Made by a program: the position numbers and the translations under genes
Assembly: GCA_031366795.1 (NCBI GenBank)
Contig: JANLOX010000374.1
Coordinates: forward strand, 1-56,053
Direction: 5' to 3'
Length of the DNA: 56,053 nucleotides
Origin: Candidatus Eiseniibacteriota bacterium
GTDB lineage: Bacteria; Eisenbacteria; RBG-16-71-46
Notes under the pieces: model-generated
The model's input: the letters and a program-made list of their open reading frames with translations, nothing else
Database searches by the model: none
Told to the model about the DNA's origin: nothing
Shown here: positions 29,695 through 40,514 of the stretch, piece after piece
Layout: each line of letters begins with the position of its first letter
How positions within the stretch are numbered: the stretch's first letter is position 1

Positions 29695-30908
29695 ACCCAC
29701 GCGAGAGCGTCGGGATCGCCCTGGGCGCCCTGCGCGCCAACAAGCTGCGCTCCTTCCTGACGCTGCTCGGCACCATCATTGGCGTCACGTCGGTTATTTT
29801 CGTGGTGTCGATCGTGCAGGGCTTGAACGGCTACGTCACGGACAAGCTGCTGCAGGCTGGCTCCAACGTGTTCACGGTGGACCAGTTCGGCTTCATCACC
29901 TCCCAGGAAGAGTGGGAGGCACGGCGCAACTGGCCGTTGATCACGCTCGATGATGCGGACGCCCTGAGGGAAGGGGTGCCGCATGCGCGCATGATTATCG
30001 CCCAAGCCTCCACGGTGGACCGCGTGCGCTTCGGTGACAAGGTCATGAAGGGCGTCAGCATCAATGGACGCGGCGCCGGCTACGACATCGTCGATGACCT
30101 CACCATCGACGCGGGCCGCCACCTCAGCGAGCTCGATGACCAGCGCCGGCGGCCCGTGTGCGTGCTCGGCCCCGAAGTCGCGGAGGAGTTGTTCCCCGGA
30201 CTCGACCCCATCGGCAGGACGGTGCGCATCGGCCCCGACGGGTTCGAAGTGGTGGGGTTCACTTCGCCCAAGGGAAAGATGCTGGGCCAGTCGCAGGACC
30301 GCTTCGTGGTGATCCCCGTGCGCACGTTCCAGAAGCTCAAGCAGGAGCGGGCCGGCATTTCGGTGGCGGTCAAGAGCCAGGACCAGGCATCGCTCGAGCT
30401 GGCGGTGCAGGAGGCGCGGCTGGTGATGCGTGGCCGTCACCACTTGCGGCCGGGCAAGATGGACAATTTTGGGATCACCACCGCGGACACCTGGCTCGAC
30501 TTCTACCACACGCTCACCAATGGCATCTTCGTGGTCACCATCGGCGTGGCGGCGATTGCGCTGCTCGTCGGCGGTATCGTCATCATGAACATCATGCTGG
30601 TCTCGGTGACCGAGCGGACGCGCGAGATCGGGGTGCGCAAGGCATTGGGAGCGCGTCGCCGCGACATCCTCGCGCAATTCCTGATTGAATCGACGACGTT
30701 GTCGATTTCCGGTGGGCTGATCGGCATCACTCTGGGCGTGCTGCTCGCGCTGCTGATGGGGGCGGTGACGCCATTACCCACGGCTGTAAGCATGCCCGCG
30801 ATTCTCGCAGGCATCCTGATGTCGACGCTGATCGGGGTATTCTTCGGCTCCTACCCGGCGTTCCGGGCGGCGAGCCTCGACCCGATCGACGCGCTGCGGT
30901 ACGAGTGA
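29691..30908 (+). CDS. ABC transporter permease (MacB/YknZ type)
   Basis: [49 protein letters not shown]. Confidence 0.93.
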   Translation: MNPRESVGIALGALRANKLRSFLTLLGTIIGVTSVIFVVSIVQGLNGYVTDKLLQAGSNVFTVDQFGFITSQEEWEARRNWPLITLDDADALREGVPHARMIIAQASTVDRVRFGDKVMKGVSINGRGAGYDIVDDLTIDAGRHLSELDDQRRRPVCVLGPEVAEELFPGLDPIGRTVRIGPDGFEVVGFTSPKGKMLGQSQDRFVVIPVRTFQKLKQERAGISVAVKSQDQASLELAVQEARLVMRGRHHLRPGKMDNFGITTADTWLDFYHTLTNGIFVVTIGVAAIALLVGGIVIMNIMLVSVTERTREIGVRKALGARRRDILAQFLIESTTLSISGGLIGITLGVLLALLMGAVTPLPTAVSMPAILAGILMSTLIGVFFGSYPAFRAASLDPIDALRYE

Positions 30909-30912
30909 ACGC

Positions 30913-32181
<1,269 letters not shown>

Positions 32182-32250
32182 GCGTAGTCCTTTAGCGCCT
32201 GTTCGGGTGACACCGGTGCACTGGACGGCGATGGTATAGTGCGTGCCATC

Positions 32251-35163
32251 ATGCCGGACGATTCCACGACCTCCGCAGGCACCGCCACCATGACCGATCC
32301 CACGCCGAACGCAGCGCCCCACCGTGGCCTGCGTGACATCGTGATCCACGGTGCGCGTGAGCACAATCTCCAGAACCTGACCTTGCGCCTGCCGCGCCAG
32401 AGCCTGATCGGGGTGACCGGCGTCTCGGGCTCCGGCAAGTCGTCGCTGGCGTTCGACACGCTTTACGCCGAAGGGCAGCGCCGCTACGTCGAATCGCTGT
32501 CGGCCTACGCCCGGCAGTTTCTCGGACAGATGGAGAAGCCGGACGTCGACTCGATCGATGGCTTAAGCCCCGCGATCGCCATCGAGCAGCGCGGCGCGGG
32601 TTCCAACCCGCGCTCCACCGTGGCGACGGTGACGGAGATCTACGACTACCTGCGCCTGCTGTTCGCGCGGGTCGGCACCCAACACTGCCCCAACTGCGGC
32701 ACGTTGATGGAACGCCAAAGCGTTCAGGAGATCGTGGACGCGCTGTTGCAGGGCGCCGCCGGCGAACGCATCGCCCTGCTCGCCCCGCTGGTGCATGGCC
32801 GCAAGGGGGAGTACCGCAAGGAACTCGAAACCGTGCACCGGCAGGGGTACCTGCGGGCGCGCATCGACGGCGCCTGGGTGGAGCTCGACGACCCGCCGAA
32901 GCTGGCGCGGCACAAGCGCCACGAAATCGACATCGTGATCGACCGGCTCACGGTGAACAGCGAAGGACGTACGCGACTGGCCGAGTCCGTCGAAACGGCG
33001 CTGCGGCTCGGCAGCGGCATGGCGTCGGTGTCGCGCGAGGGCAAGGCCGACATGATGTTCAGCCAGGGCGCGGCCTGCGCGAATTGTGGCACAAGCGTCG
33101 CGGATCTCCAGCCGCGCAGCTTCTCGTTCAACTCACCGTATGGCGCCTGCCCGAGCTGCGAGGGCCTCGGCACTCGGATGCGCGTCGATCCCGATCGCGT
33201 GGTGCCGGATGCATCGCTCACCATCGCGGAGGGCGCCATTGCGGCGTGGGGCGATGCCGCGGGCACGTGGGTCGGCGGCACGCTCAAGGCGCTGGCGAAG
33301 AAGTTCGAGTTTTCGCTCAACACGCCATGGAAGAAGCTGCCCTCGCGCATCCGCAACCTGCTGCTGTTCGGCAGCGGCGATGAGAAGGTGCGCTTCGAGT
33401 TCAAGACCACGAAGGGATCCGCGTTTATCCACACGTCAAAGTACGAGGGCGTCATTCCTTCTATGGAGCGCCGCTTCAAGGCCACGAACAGCGAGAGTGT
33501 GCGCCGCGGTATCTCCGCCTGCATGAATCCCACCCCCTGCGCCGACTGCAAGGGCCAGCGCCTGCGCCCCGCGAGCCTCGCCGTGCGCATCGACAAGCGC
33601 AATATCTCGGACTGGAGTGCCGGTTCGGTCGCCACCGTGCGGCGTGAGATCGCCGCGCTCAAGTATGACGGACCGAAGCGCACCATCACCGAGCCGATCC
33701 TGCGCGAGATCTCGAGCCGCCTCGGCTTCCTCGACGATGTCGGGCTCGGCTACCTGACGCTCGACCGTTCGGCAGGTTCGCTGGCCGGCGGCGAGGCCCA
33801 ACGCATCCGGCTGGCCACCCAGATCGGCTCGCAGTTGACCGGCGTGCTCTACATTCTCGATGAGCCCTCGATCGGTCTGCACCATCGCGACAACCAGCGC
33901 TTGCTCGGGACACTCGAACGTCTGCGTGACCTCGGCAACACGCTGGTGGTGGTCGAGCATGATGAGGACACGATGTATCGCGCCGACTGGATCGTCGATC
34001 TGGGTCCCGGCGCCGGACGTCATGGCGGCAGGCTGGTGGCCGAGGGAACGCCCGCGCAGATCCTCGCCAATCCCGAGTCGCTCACCGGGCAGTTCCTCAC
34101 AGGCGTGCGCGAGATCGCGGCGCCTAAGACACGGCGAGCGGGCAATGGTCACACGCTCGAGATCGTGGACGCCCACGAGCACAACCTCAAGCATGTCGAT
34201 GCGAAGATTCCGCTCGGCACGCTGACCTGTGTCACCGGTGTCTCGGGCTCGGGCAAGAGCACGCTCGTCAACGACATCCTGCTCGCCGCGCTGCTCAAGC
34301 ACTTCGGCTCCATCGTCGCCACGCCGGGGCAACACAAGGGGCTCAAGGGCACGCAGTACCTCGACAAAGCGATCGCCATCGACCAGAGCCCGATCGGGCG
34401 CACGCCGCGCTCGAATCCCGCGACTTACACCGGCTGCTTCACCTTCATCCGCGACCTGTTCGCGCAGCTTCCTGAGTCGCGCGTGCGAGGTTATGCGCCA
34501 GGCCGGTTCTCGTTCAACGTGAAGGGTGGCCGCTGCGAGGAGTGCGAAGGTGATGGGTTGAAGAAGATCGAGATGCATTTCCTGCCCGATGTCTACGTGA
34601 AGTGCGACCTGTGCAATGGCAGGCGCTACAACCGCGAGACGCTCGAGATCCATTACAAGGGCAGGTCCATCGCGGATGTGCTCGAGATGACGGTGGAGGA
34701 GGGCGTGGAGTTCCTCGGCGCGGTACCCGCGCTGCGGCGTAAGCTCGAAACGCTGCGCAGTGTCGGCCTCGGCTACATCCATCTCGGCCAGTCCGCAACG
34801 ACCTTGTCCGGCGGCGAGGCCCAGCGCGTGAAGCTCGCCACCGAACTGTCGCGGGTCGAGACGGGGCGCACGCTTTACATTCTCGATGAGCCCACGACGG
34901 GCCTGCACTTCGAGGACGTGCGCGTGCTGCTCGACGTGTTGCAGGCGCTGGTGAATCGCGGCAACACGGTCGTGGTGATCGAGCATCATCTTGACGTGAT
35001 CAAGTGCGCCGACTGGATTGTCGACATGGGTCCGGAAGGCGGTGACGGCGGCGGGACGATCGTGGCCGAGGGTACTCCTGAGACCGTGGCCAAAGTGCGC
35101 GCTTCCCACACCGGGGTGGCGCTCAAGGCGTGGTTAGGGAGGGCAGCCGGCCGCCACAGGTGA
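32251..35163 (+). CDS. uvrA: Excinuclease ABC subunit A; start may be 32251 or 32290
   Basis: GAREHNL, two GVSGSGKS Walker A motifs, Zn fingers, GGEAQR signatures. Extended -10 TGGTATAGT at 32232-32240. Confidence 0.97.
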   Translation: MPDDSTTSAGTATMTDPTPNAAPHRGLRDIVIHGAREHNLQNLTLRLPRQSLIGVTGVSGSGKSSLAFDTLYAEGQRRYVESLSAYARQFLGQMEKPDVDSIDGLSPAIAIEQRGAGSNPRSTVATVTEIYDYLRLLFARVGTQHCPNCGTLMERQSVQEIVDALLQGAAGERIALLAPLVHGRKGEYRKELETVHRQGYLRARIDGAWVELDDPPKLARHKRHEIDIVIDRLTVNSEGRTRLAESVETALRLGSGMASVSREGKADMMFSQGAACANCGTSVADLQPRSFSFNSPYGACPSCEGLGTRMRVDPDRVVPDASLTIAEGAIAAWGDAAGTWVGGTLKALAKKFEFSLNTPWKKLPSRIRNLLLFGSGDEKVRFEFKTTKGSAFIHTSKYEGVIPSMERRFKATNSESVRRGISACMNPTPCADCKGQRLRPASLAVRIDKRNISDWSAGSVATVRREIAALKYDGPKRTITEPILREISSRLGFLDDVGLGYLTLDRSAGSLAGGEAQRIRLATQIGSQLTGVLYILDEPSIGLHHRDNQRLLGTLERLRDLGNTLVVVEHDEDTMYRADWIVDLGPGAGRHGGRLVAEGTPAQILANPESLTGQFLTGVREIAAPKTRRAGNGHTLEIVDAHEHNLKHVDAKIPLGTLTCVTGVSGSGKSTLVNDILLAALLKHFGSIVATPGQHKGLKGTQYLDKAIAIDQSPIGRTPRSNPATYTGCFTFIRDLFAQLPESRVRGYAPGRFSFNVKGGRCEECEGDGLKKIEMHFLPDVYVKCDLCNGRRYNRETLEIHYKGRSIADVLEMTVEEGVEFLGAVPALRRKLETLRSVGLGYIHLGQSATTLSGGEAQRVKLATELSRVETGRTLYILDEPTTGLHFEDVRVLLDVLQALVNRGNTVVVIEHHLDVIKCADWIVDMGPEGGDGGGTIVAEGTPETVAKVRASHTGVALKAWLGRAAGRHR

Positions 35164-35305
35164 CAGCGCCCGGCGAAAGCGGCAAACTTCAGCGAAGTCA
35201 CCGCCTCATGGTTTCGTGGGGCGAACGTCTCGTGGGTTGCGCCGGACCGCTGATGGGGCGACGGCCAAGCCTCGATCCCTCACGATGGAAAACCTCGAGC
35301 GACTC

Positions 35306-36415
35306 ATGAACGCCACCACCACGGCAACAACCGGAACGCCCCGCCCGGCGCAGGGCACGCGCGCGGCCACCATGAAGGCCATCGTCAAATCGAAGGCCGC
35401 GCCCGGCGCCGAGATTCGGGAAGTGCCCGTGCCTACTGTGCTGCCTGGCCAATTGTTGCTGCGCGTGCTGCGCGCCGGCGTGTGCGGAACGGACCTGCAC
35501 ATCGTCACCTGGGACCGCTGGTCGCAGGGCCGCATCAAGCCGCCGGTAACACTGGGCCACGAATTCGTGGGCGAGATCGTGGAGTGCGGCGCGGGAGTGA
35601 CCGAGTTCGCCCTGGGCGAGCGCGTCTCCTGCGAGAGCCACATCGTGTGCGGGCATTGCATCGCCTGCCGAACGGGCAATGGTCACGTGTGCGAGAACAC
35701 GAAGATCTTAGGCGTAGACGTCAACGGCGGCTTCGCCGAATACGTCGCTGTGCCCGCCAGCAATGCCTGGCGCGCGCCGGAGAACATCCCGATCGAAGTG
35801 CAGGGCATCATGGAACCGCTCGGCAATGCCGTCCACACCGCGTTCGCCGGTGAGCTGTCGGCCTGCCGCATCGCGGTCACGGGTTGCGGTCCGATCGGCC
35901 TGTTCGCCATCGGCGTCGCCCGCGCCGCCGGCGCATCTCAGGTCATCGCCAGCGACGTCTCGCCATACCGGCTCGAACTGGCGCTCAAGATGAACGCCGA
36001 TGCCGTGATCGACGTGTCCAAGGAATCGTTCGTCGACCGCGTCGCCGAAATCACCGGCGGGCGCGGGCTCGACGGCGTGCTGGAAATGTCGGGCAATCCG
36101 CAGGCCCTGCGTGATGGACTGGCTGCCCTGCGAAATGGCGGCCGTCTCTCATTGCTCGGCCTGCCGAAGGAACCGTTCGACCTCGATTGGAGCCGCCTGC
36201 TGATCTTCAAGGGCGTCACCCTGCACGGCATCATCGGCCGGCGCATGTATGAGACGTGGTTCCAGATGGACACGCTGCTGCGCTCCGGCCGCCTCGACGT
36301 GCGCCCTGCGCTCACGCACGTCATGCCGATGGAGCGGTTCGACGAGGCCATCGCGCTGTTGCGCTCGGGCAATGCGGGGAAGGTCGTGCTGGTGCCGTGG
36401 GGGCAGGAGGTTTGA
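35306..36415 (+). CDS. tdh: L-threonine 3-dehydrogenase; start may be 35285, 35306 or 35372
   Basis: CGTDLHI..WD.WSQ, GHEF, CGHCIAC structural Zn, EPLGNAVHT, GCGPIG, GRRMYETW; next to kbl. Confidence 0.95.
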   Translation: MNATTTATTGTPRPAQGTRAATMKAIVKSKAAPGAEIREVPVPTVLPGQLLLRVLRAGVCGTDLHIVTWDRWSQGRIKPPVTLGHEFVGEIVECGAGVTEFALGERVSCESHIVCGHCIACRTGNGHVCENTKILGVDVNGGFAEYVAVPASNAWRAPENIPIEVQGIMEPLGNAVHTAFAGELSACRIAVTGCGPIGLFAIGVARAAGASQVIASDVSPYRLELALKMNADAVIDVSKESFVDRVAEITGGRGLDGVLEMSGNPQALRDGLAALRNGGRLSLLGLPKEPFDLDWSRLLIFKGVTLHGIIGRRMYETWFQMDTLLRSGRLDVRPALTHVMPMERFDEAIALLRSGNAGKVVLVPWGQEV

Positions 36416-36870
36416 TGCTGCGCCGCGCAGCATGTCGCGCGGCCGCGGTAGCCGTGTCCCTTGCGGGACTCGCCGGTTGTTCGATGTTGTGGGGCAATGT
36501 GGAGCCTGAGCGTGGAACTACGTCCACGATCGTGATCGCGGTTCAGCCGTATTGTGGTGATCACGGGCACGGCCCGCGCCCACCCTTCGGCGCGAATCCA
36601 AAGTTGGATTCGGTTGCCACGGCAATCGACTCACTCCCGCCGCGGTCCCCGGAAATTGCGCGGGAGGCCGGTGTGCATGGCACGGTGATCATCGCGGCGC
36701 TAGTCTGCGAACACGGCAATGTCGTGGATGAGAGGGTCCGCAAGTCGATCCCGATGCTGGATAGCGCTGCCCGGAGCTGTGCGGCGCAGTGGCACTTTCG
36801 TCCGGCTGTGATCGATGGCAGGCCAGTCGCAAGTTGGAAGGACATTCAAGTTCGCTTCCTGCTTCATTGA
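36415..36870 (+). CDS. Lipoprotein with isolated TonB C-terminal domain
   Basis: ATG overlaps the tdh stop, after AGGAGG. Lipobox LAGC; PEIAREAGVHGTV...WHFRPA...VRF. Confidence 0.75.
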   Translation: MLRRAACRAAAVAVSLAGLAGCSMLWGNVEPERGTTSTIVIAVQPYCGDHGHGPRPPFGANPKLDSVATAIDSLPPRSPEIAREAGVHGTVIIAALVCEHGNVVDERVRKSIPMLDSAARSCAAQWHFRPAVIDGRPVASWKDIQVRFLLH

Positions 36871-36888
36871 CTCAAGACTGAGGTCCCC

Positions 36889-38097
36889 ATGCACGGCAAC
36901 CTGAAAGCCGATCTCGAGACCGAGCTCCAATCCATCCATGACGCCGGCCTGTGGAAGGCGGAGCGTGTCATCGCCACGCCGCAGGGCGCGCACGTGCGGC
37001 TTACCGACGGGCGCGAGGTGCGCGTGTTCTGCGCCAATAATTACCTCGGGTTATCGAGCCACCCGGACGTCTTGCGTGCTGCCCATGAGGCGCTGGATTC
37101 GCACGGCTTCGGCATGTCGTCGGTGCGTTTCATCTGCGGCACGCAAGACATCCACAAGCAACTCGAAGCCAGCATCGCCACCTTCCTCGGCACCGAGGAC
37201 ACGCTTCTCTATGCGGCGTGCTTCGATGCGAATGGCGGCGTGTTCGAGCCGCTGCTCGGCGAGCAGGACGCCATCGTGTCCGATGAGTTGAACCACGCCT
37301 CGATCATCGATGGCATCCGGCTGTGCAAGGCTTCGCGGTGGCGCTACAAGAATGGTGACATGGCGGACCTCGAACGTTGCCTCGAGGCGGCAAAGGCGAA
37401 GGGTGCGCGCCGCACGCTGATCGCCACCGACGGTGTGTTCAGCATGGATGGTTCGATCGCGAAGCTCGACAAGATCTGCGATCTCGCAGAGCGCTACTTA
37501 GGCCTCGTCATGGTGGACGACTGCCACGCGACGGGATTCGTCGGCGCCACCGGCCGCGGCTCGCAGGAGCACTGCGGGGTGATGGGACGCGTCGACATCA
37601 TCACCGGCACCCTCGGCAAGTCGCTCGGCGGGGCGCTGGGAGGGTTCACCACTGGGCGGCGCGAGATCATTGAATTGCTCCGTCAACGCTCGCGTCCCTA
37701 CCTGTTCTCGAACAGCCTGCCGCCCGCGGTCGTAGGCGCGGGGATCGCCGTGTTCAAGATGCTGTCGGCCACCACCGCGCTGCGCGACAAGCTCGAAGAG
37801 AACACGCAACGCTTCAAGGCGGGCATGGCTTCGGCCGGCTTCGAGCTCAAACCCGGTACGCATCCAATCGTTCCGATCATGCTGTACGACGAGCGTCTCG
37901 CGCACGAGATGGCGCGACGCCTGCTCGAGCTCGGCATCTACGTCATCGGCTTTTCGTACCCGGTGGTGGCGAAGGGGTTGGCGCGTATTCGTGTGCAATT
38001 GTCCGCAGCGCACAGCGATGCGGACATCGATGCCGCGATCGCCGCGTTCACGCAGGTGGGGTATGAGCTGGGTGTTCTGAAGCCGGCAGTAGGATGA
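36889..38097 (+). CDS. kbl: 2-amino-3-ketobutyrate CoA ligase (glycine C-acetyltransferase)
   Basis: [40 protein letters not shown] (PLP lysine), RSRPYLFSN. Confidence 0.96.
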   Translation: MHGNLKADLETELQSIHDAGLWKAERVIATPQGAHVRLTDGREVRVFCANNYLGLSSHPDVLRAAHEALDSHGFGMSSVRFICGTQDIHKQLEASIATFLGTEDTLLYAACFDANGGVFEPLLGEQDAIVSDELNHASIIDGIRLCKASRWRYKNGDMADLERCLEAAKAKGARRTLIATDGVFSMDGSIAKLDKICDLAERYLGLVMVDDCHATGFVGATGRGSQEHCGVMGRVDIITGTLGKSLGGALGGFTTGRREIIELLRQRSRPYLFSNSLPPAVVGAGIAVFKMLSATTALRDKLEENTQRFKAGMASAGFELKPGTHPIVPIMLYDERLAHEMARRLLELGIYVIGFSYPVVAKGLARIRVQLSAAHSDADIDAAIAAFTQVGYELGVLKPAVG

Positions 38098-38154
38098 GCC
38101 GAGGCAGGGCGCGGCGGCGGCGCGAGCCGGTGAGTGAGGCCTGGCCGCGACCCC

Positions 38155-38183
38155 TTGACCCCCTCCGGTGCGTTGGCTAAGTT
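38155..38183 (+). promoter_or_regulatory. Putative sigma70-type promoter for the gcvT operon
   Basis: TTGACC-N17-TAAGTT; GAGGAGG RBS downstream. Confidence 0.6.
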
Positions 38184-38213
38184 GCCTTATCGCAACGTCC
38201 CGAGGAGGCTTCC

Positions 38214-39326
38214 TTGAGCTCGACCCTGACGCCCAAACGCACGCCGTTCTACGCCCTGCATGCCGCGGCGGGGGCGAAGCTCATTGATTTCGCGGGCTTC
38301 GAGATGCCGGTTCGCTACACCGGTGACGTGCGAGAGCATACCGCCGTCCGCGAGCGCGCCGGCCTGTTCGACATCTCGCACATGGGCGAGTTCTTCGTCT
38401 CGGGCGAAGGTGCTGCGGCGTACCTCGACACGCTGGTGACGAACCACGTGGGCGGCCTGGCCGTGGGTCAGGCGTTGTACTCGCCGATGTGCCGGCCGGA
38501 TGGCGGCATCGTCGACGACCTGCTCGTCTACCGCACGGCGAGCGATTTTATGGTTGTGGTCAATGCTTCCAACCGCGGCAAGGACTGGGAGTGGATGCAT
38601 TCGCAGTGTCCGCCCGGCGTGCGCCTGGAAGACCGCTCCGAGGAGACGGCGCTCCTGGCGGTGCAGGGACCGAAGTCGGTGGATGTCTTGCGCGGACATG
38701 TTCCCGATGCGCTGCTCGATCTTCGCTACTACCACTTCGGTGAAGGCACCATCTTCGGGGCGGAGGCGATGATCGCGCGCACCGGCTACACCGGTGAAGA
38801 CGGCTTTGAACTCTACTTCCGCACGCGCGACGCGGATGCGGTGTGGAATGGCTTGATGGAAGCCGGCAAGGGTGTGGGGCTCGAACCGATTGGCCTCGGC
38901 GCCCGCGATACGCTGCGGCTTGAGATGGGCTTCATGCTCTATGGCAACGATATCGACGACACCACCTCGCCGCTCGAAGCCGGCCTCGGTTGGACGGTCA
39001 AGTTCGCCAAGCCCGAATTCAACGGCCGCGCGGTGCTGGCGACCCAGAAGGAGCGCGGGCTTACACGCAAGCTCGTCGCTTTCGAACTCGATGGCCGGCG
39101 GGTTCCGCGCCACGGCATGCCGATCACGAGCGCGGGCCGCGTCGTGGGCAGCGTGACCAGTGGCACGTTCGGGCCGAGTCTCAACCTGCCCATCGGCATG
39201 GGCTACGTCGAGACCGCGTTCGCCACGCTGGGCGGGGCGTTGGACATCATGGCGGGGAGCACGAAGCTGCCTGCGCGTATCGTGAAGCTGCCGTTCTACA
39301 AGCAGGGTTCCCGCAAAACGGGGTAG
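38214..39326 (+). CDS. gcvT: Glycine cleavage system aminomethyltransferase T
   Basis: KRTPFY, GLFDISHMG, GGIVDDLLVY, RTGYTGEDGFE, GLGARDTLRLE. Confidence 0.97.
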   Translation: MSSTLTPKRTPFYALHAAAGAKLIDFAGFEMPVRYTGDVREHTAVRERAGLFDISHMGEFFVSGEGAAAYLDTLVTNHVGGLAVGQALYSPMCRPDGGIVDDLLVYRTASDFMVVVNASNRGKDWEWMHSQCPPGVRLEDRSEETALLAVQGPKSVDVLRGHVPDALLDLRYYHFGEGTIFGAEAMIARTGYTGEDGFELYFRTRDADAVWNGLMEAGKGVGLEPIGLGARDTLRLEMGFMLYGNDIDDTTSPLEAGLGWTVKFAKPEFNGRAVLATQKERGLTRKLVAFELDGRRVPRHGMPITSAGRVVGSVTSGTFGPSLNLPIGMGYVETAFATLGGALDIMAGSTKLPARIVKLPFYKQGSRKTG

Positions 39327-39334
39327 GAGGCTAG

Positions 39335-39724
39335 GTGCCGTACCCAGAAGATGTCCGCTACACCCCTGAACACGAATGGGCGAAGCTCGAACGCGGTGTC
39401 GTCACGATCGGGATCACCGATTACGCCACCGAGCAGCTCGGCGACGTCGTGTTCGTCGAGCTGCCCGAAGTCGGCCGCAAGCTCGAGACCATGAAGACGT
39501 TCGGCGTGGTGGAGGCGGTCAAGACGGTGAGCGACCTGTTCGCTCCGCTGGATGGCGAAGTGGTCGAGGTCAACGCCGCCCTCGTCGACAATCCGGCGCT
39601 GGTCAACCAGTCGCCCTACGGGGACGGCTGGATGATCAAGGTGCGCGCCACCAGTCCCGATCCGCTGAAAGGCCTGATGAGCAGCGACGATTACGAGAAG
39701 ATGCTCGAGGACCAGCACGCATGA
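39335..39724 (+). CDS. gcvH: Glycine cleavage system H protein
   Basis: YTPEHEW, GITDYA..QLGDVVFVELP, lipoyl-Lys motif VEAVKTVSD, NQSPYGDGW. Confidence 0.97.
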   Translation: MPYPEDVRYTPEHEWAKLERGVVTIGITDYATEQLGDVVFVELPEVGRKLETMKTFGVVEAVKTVSDLFAPLDGEVVEVNAALVDNPALVNQSPYGDGWMIKVRATSPDPLKGLMSSDDYEKMLEDQHA

Positions 39725-40176
39725 GCCTGCCGGGCGCCACCGTCGATGAGCCGGGGACCTCACCACTGGTGTGGACCTACGATCCTTGGGCTGAACATCG
39801 CGGCCGTGCGTTCGCGGCGGTACTGGGTTCTGCGGGATTGATTGCCATTGCGTACGGGCTGCGGCTGCCCCTGCCCATGCTGTTCGTGCTGACGCTTTCG
39901 GTGTTTGCGCTTCTGGCGCCGGGCTTCCTGCCCACGACGTGCAGCGTGGATGCGCGCGGGGTTTCGCGCCGCATCGGCACGCTTCCCGCCAGCATGCGGC
40001 CCTGGACCTCGATCCGCGCCGCTGCACTCTCGCCGCGCGGCCTGCATGTCTCGTCGCGGGATTGGAGCGCGCCGCTGTCGGCGTTGCAGCAGATGTGGCT
40101 GCCGGTACCTCGCGCCGCGGATGAGAGCGCCGTGCGCGCTCGCCTGCGTTTGGCCTTGACTGAACATGGCTACTGA
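39721..40176 (+). CDS. Hypothetical membrane protein (2 TM plus small soluble domain)
   Basis: ATG overlaps the gcvH stop; two hydrophobic helices; overlaps the next gene. Confidence 0.7.
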   Translation: MSLPGATVDEPGTSPLVWTYDPWAEHRGRAFAAVLGSAGLIAIAYGLRLPLPMLFVLTLSVFALLAPGFLPTTCSVDARGVSRRIGTLPASMRPWTSIRAAALSPRGLHVSSRDWSAPLSALQQMWLPVPRAADESAVRARLRLALTEHGY

Positions 40177-40510
40177 GCGCCCGCTCGCACCCGAAGACCT
40201 TGCGCTGATCGAGCGCGTCGCCGAGCGCGTGGTTGAATTGCGCATGGAGGTTCCGGCGCTGCTGACGCTTGAAACCGCGGCGCCCGTTTCCTTGATCGCC
40301 GGCCAGGCCATGGTGTTCTTCGAACCATTCATCGTCGCACTGTTCCATCTGCCCGACTACCGCCGCTTTGCCCGCCTGGTTGAACGCCGCGAAGCACTCG
40401 CCGCGCTGACGCAAGCGATCGAGACGCGGGCGGATGCCGTTCATCGTGAACGCCGATCCCGCGCGCGCGCAGAACGCGAAGCGCGCGCGACCTCACCGCC
40501 ACGGAGTTGA
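40166..40510 (+). CDS. Small helical hypothetical protein
   Basis: LIERVAERVV..RMEVPALLTLE..P.S....QAMVFFEPF; tightly coupled in the operon. Confidence 0.78.
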   Translation: MATERPLAPEDLALIERVAERVVELRMEVPALLTLETAAPVSLIAGQAMVFFEPFIVALFHLPDYRRFARLVERREALAALTQAIETRADAVHRERRSRARAEREARATSPPRS

Positions 40511-40514
40511 CTGG

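Noticed and set aside
32182..32250. LexA/SOS box upstream of uvrA
   Set aside because: Only short palindromes (CACCGGTG, GTGCAC) that match no LexA consensus I can support.
33436..35109. Long antisense ORFs (also 4163-5902, 40827-42188, 47995-50007 and others)
   Set aside because: Shadow frames opposite well-supported genes, expected in high-GC DNA; no recognisable motifs.
38098..38213. Glycine riboswitch upstream of gcvT
   Set aside because: No GGAGA/CCGAAG/CUCUCAGG aptamer motifs, and the candidate promoter leaves a leader of only about 25 nt.
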